Shown here one piece after another: positions 63,872-64,000 of a DNA stretch of 64,000 nucleotides. Within the stretch, counting starts at the first letter, position 1; each line of letters begins with the position of its first letter. Under the pieces are notes generated by a model that made no database searches, was not told the origin of the DNA, and worked only from the letters and a program-made list of their open reading frames with translations. Source of the stretch: an uncultured Eubacteriales bacterium (GTDB lineage: Bacteria > Bacillota > Clostridia > Christensenellales > CAG-138); NCBI GenBank assembly GCA_902792295.1, contig CADAZC010000004.1:8083-72082 (forward strand), written 5' to 3'. Both the position numbers and the translations under genes were made by a program.

Positions 63872-64000
63872 TTACAGTTCCGCGAAGTACTTGATGGTAC
63901 GAACCATCTGCGAGGTGTAGCTGTTCTCGTTGTCGTACCAGGACACGACCTGCACTTGATAAGTGTTGTCGTCGATCTTCTGGACCATGGTCTGGTTCGC
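63872..64000 (-). CDS. gap: type I glyceraldehyde-3-phosphate dehydrogenase, C-terminal 42 codons (gene runs off the window)
   Basis: The minus-strand translation ends ...VQVVSWYDNENSYTSQMVRTIKYFAEL-stop (TAA at 63874-63872). WYDNE is the GAPDH C-terminal signature. Confidence 0.85.
   Translation of the reverse strand, partial: ANQTMVQKIDDNTYQVQVVSWYDNENSYTSQMVRTIKYFAEL

Overview
This is a GC-rich (judged by eye, not computed) chromosomal core segment from a spore-forming Clostridia-type Firmicute. Supporting signs are the yabP-yabQ-divIC cluster, a T-box leader, sigma-A type promoters and GGAGG Shine-Dalgarno sites. I call about 65 tightly packed protein genes, one tmRNA, one T-box riboswitch, and a set of well-formed promoters and intrinsic terminators.

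Main gene blocks:
- 1-6443 (-): a ten-gene bifurcating-type [FeFe]-hydrogenase operon (hydC ... hydB, hydA start) with an embedded sensory-hydrogenase / kinase-like / DRTGG / PHP cassette.
- 7618-10983 (-): a four-gene operon of lipid/phosphodiester hydrolases.
- 11178-13313 (+): ruvCAB.
- 14814-18292 (+): a fused pgk-tpi gene followed by gpmI.
- 18423-19622 (+): secG, smpB and ssrA.
- 20042-23467 (-): a 1141-aa CotH/lamin-tail lipoprotein.
- 23626-27340 (-): hflX, nnr, recX.
- 32123-33936 (-): ppx, divIC-like, yabQ, yabP.
- 34130-36055 (+): rho and rpmE.
- 37257-39780 (+): a short AlaRS-like gene coupled to a DUF695/RraB-like gene.
- 43593-45618 (-): iscR, nifS, nifU.
- 46999-57403 (-): recJ, relA, dtd, MBL, hemZ, then a T-box leader, hisS, aspS, trxA.
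- 57452-59666 (-): pta, ackA.
- 59773-60975 (+): tmcAL.
- 61029-63740 (-): a C11 peptidase.
- 63872-64000 (-): the 3' end of gap.

I saw no rRNA, tRNA, CRISPR array, transposase, integrase or phage genes, and nothing I can defend as a complete novel multi-gene system.

The observations most worth a second look are:
- a perfect 22-bp tandem duplication that frameshifts nifS;
- a frameshift plus short deletion in rpmE;
- direct and inverted copies of the tmRNA 3' end just downstream of ssrA, resembling an att-site scar;
- an exact JAMM/MPN+ motif in the N-terminal extension of HflX;
- a C-Ala-less AlaRS translationally coupled to a DUF695/RraB-like gene;
- AT-hook-like repeats and an N/Q/R-rich tract in Rho;
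- the uncharacterised regulatory cassette inside the hydrogenase operon.

All family assignments come from reading motifs in the translations. No database search or computation was run.
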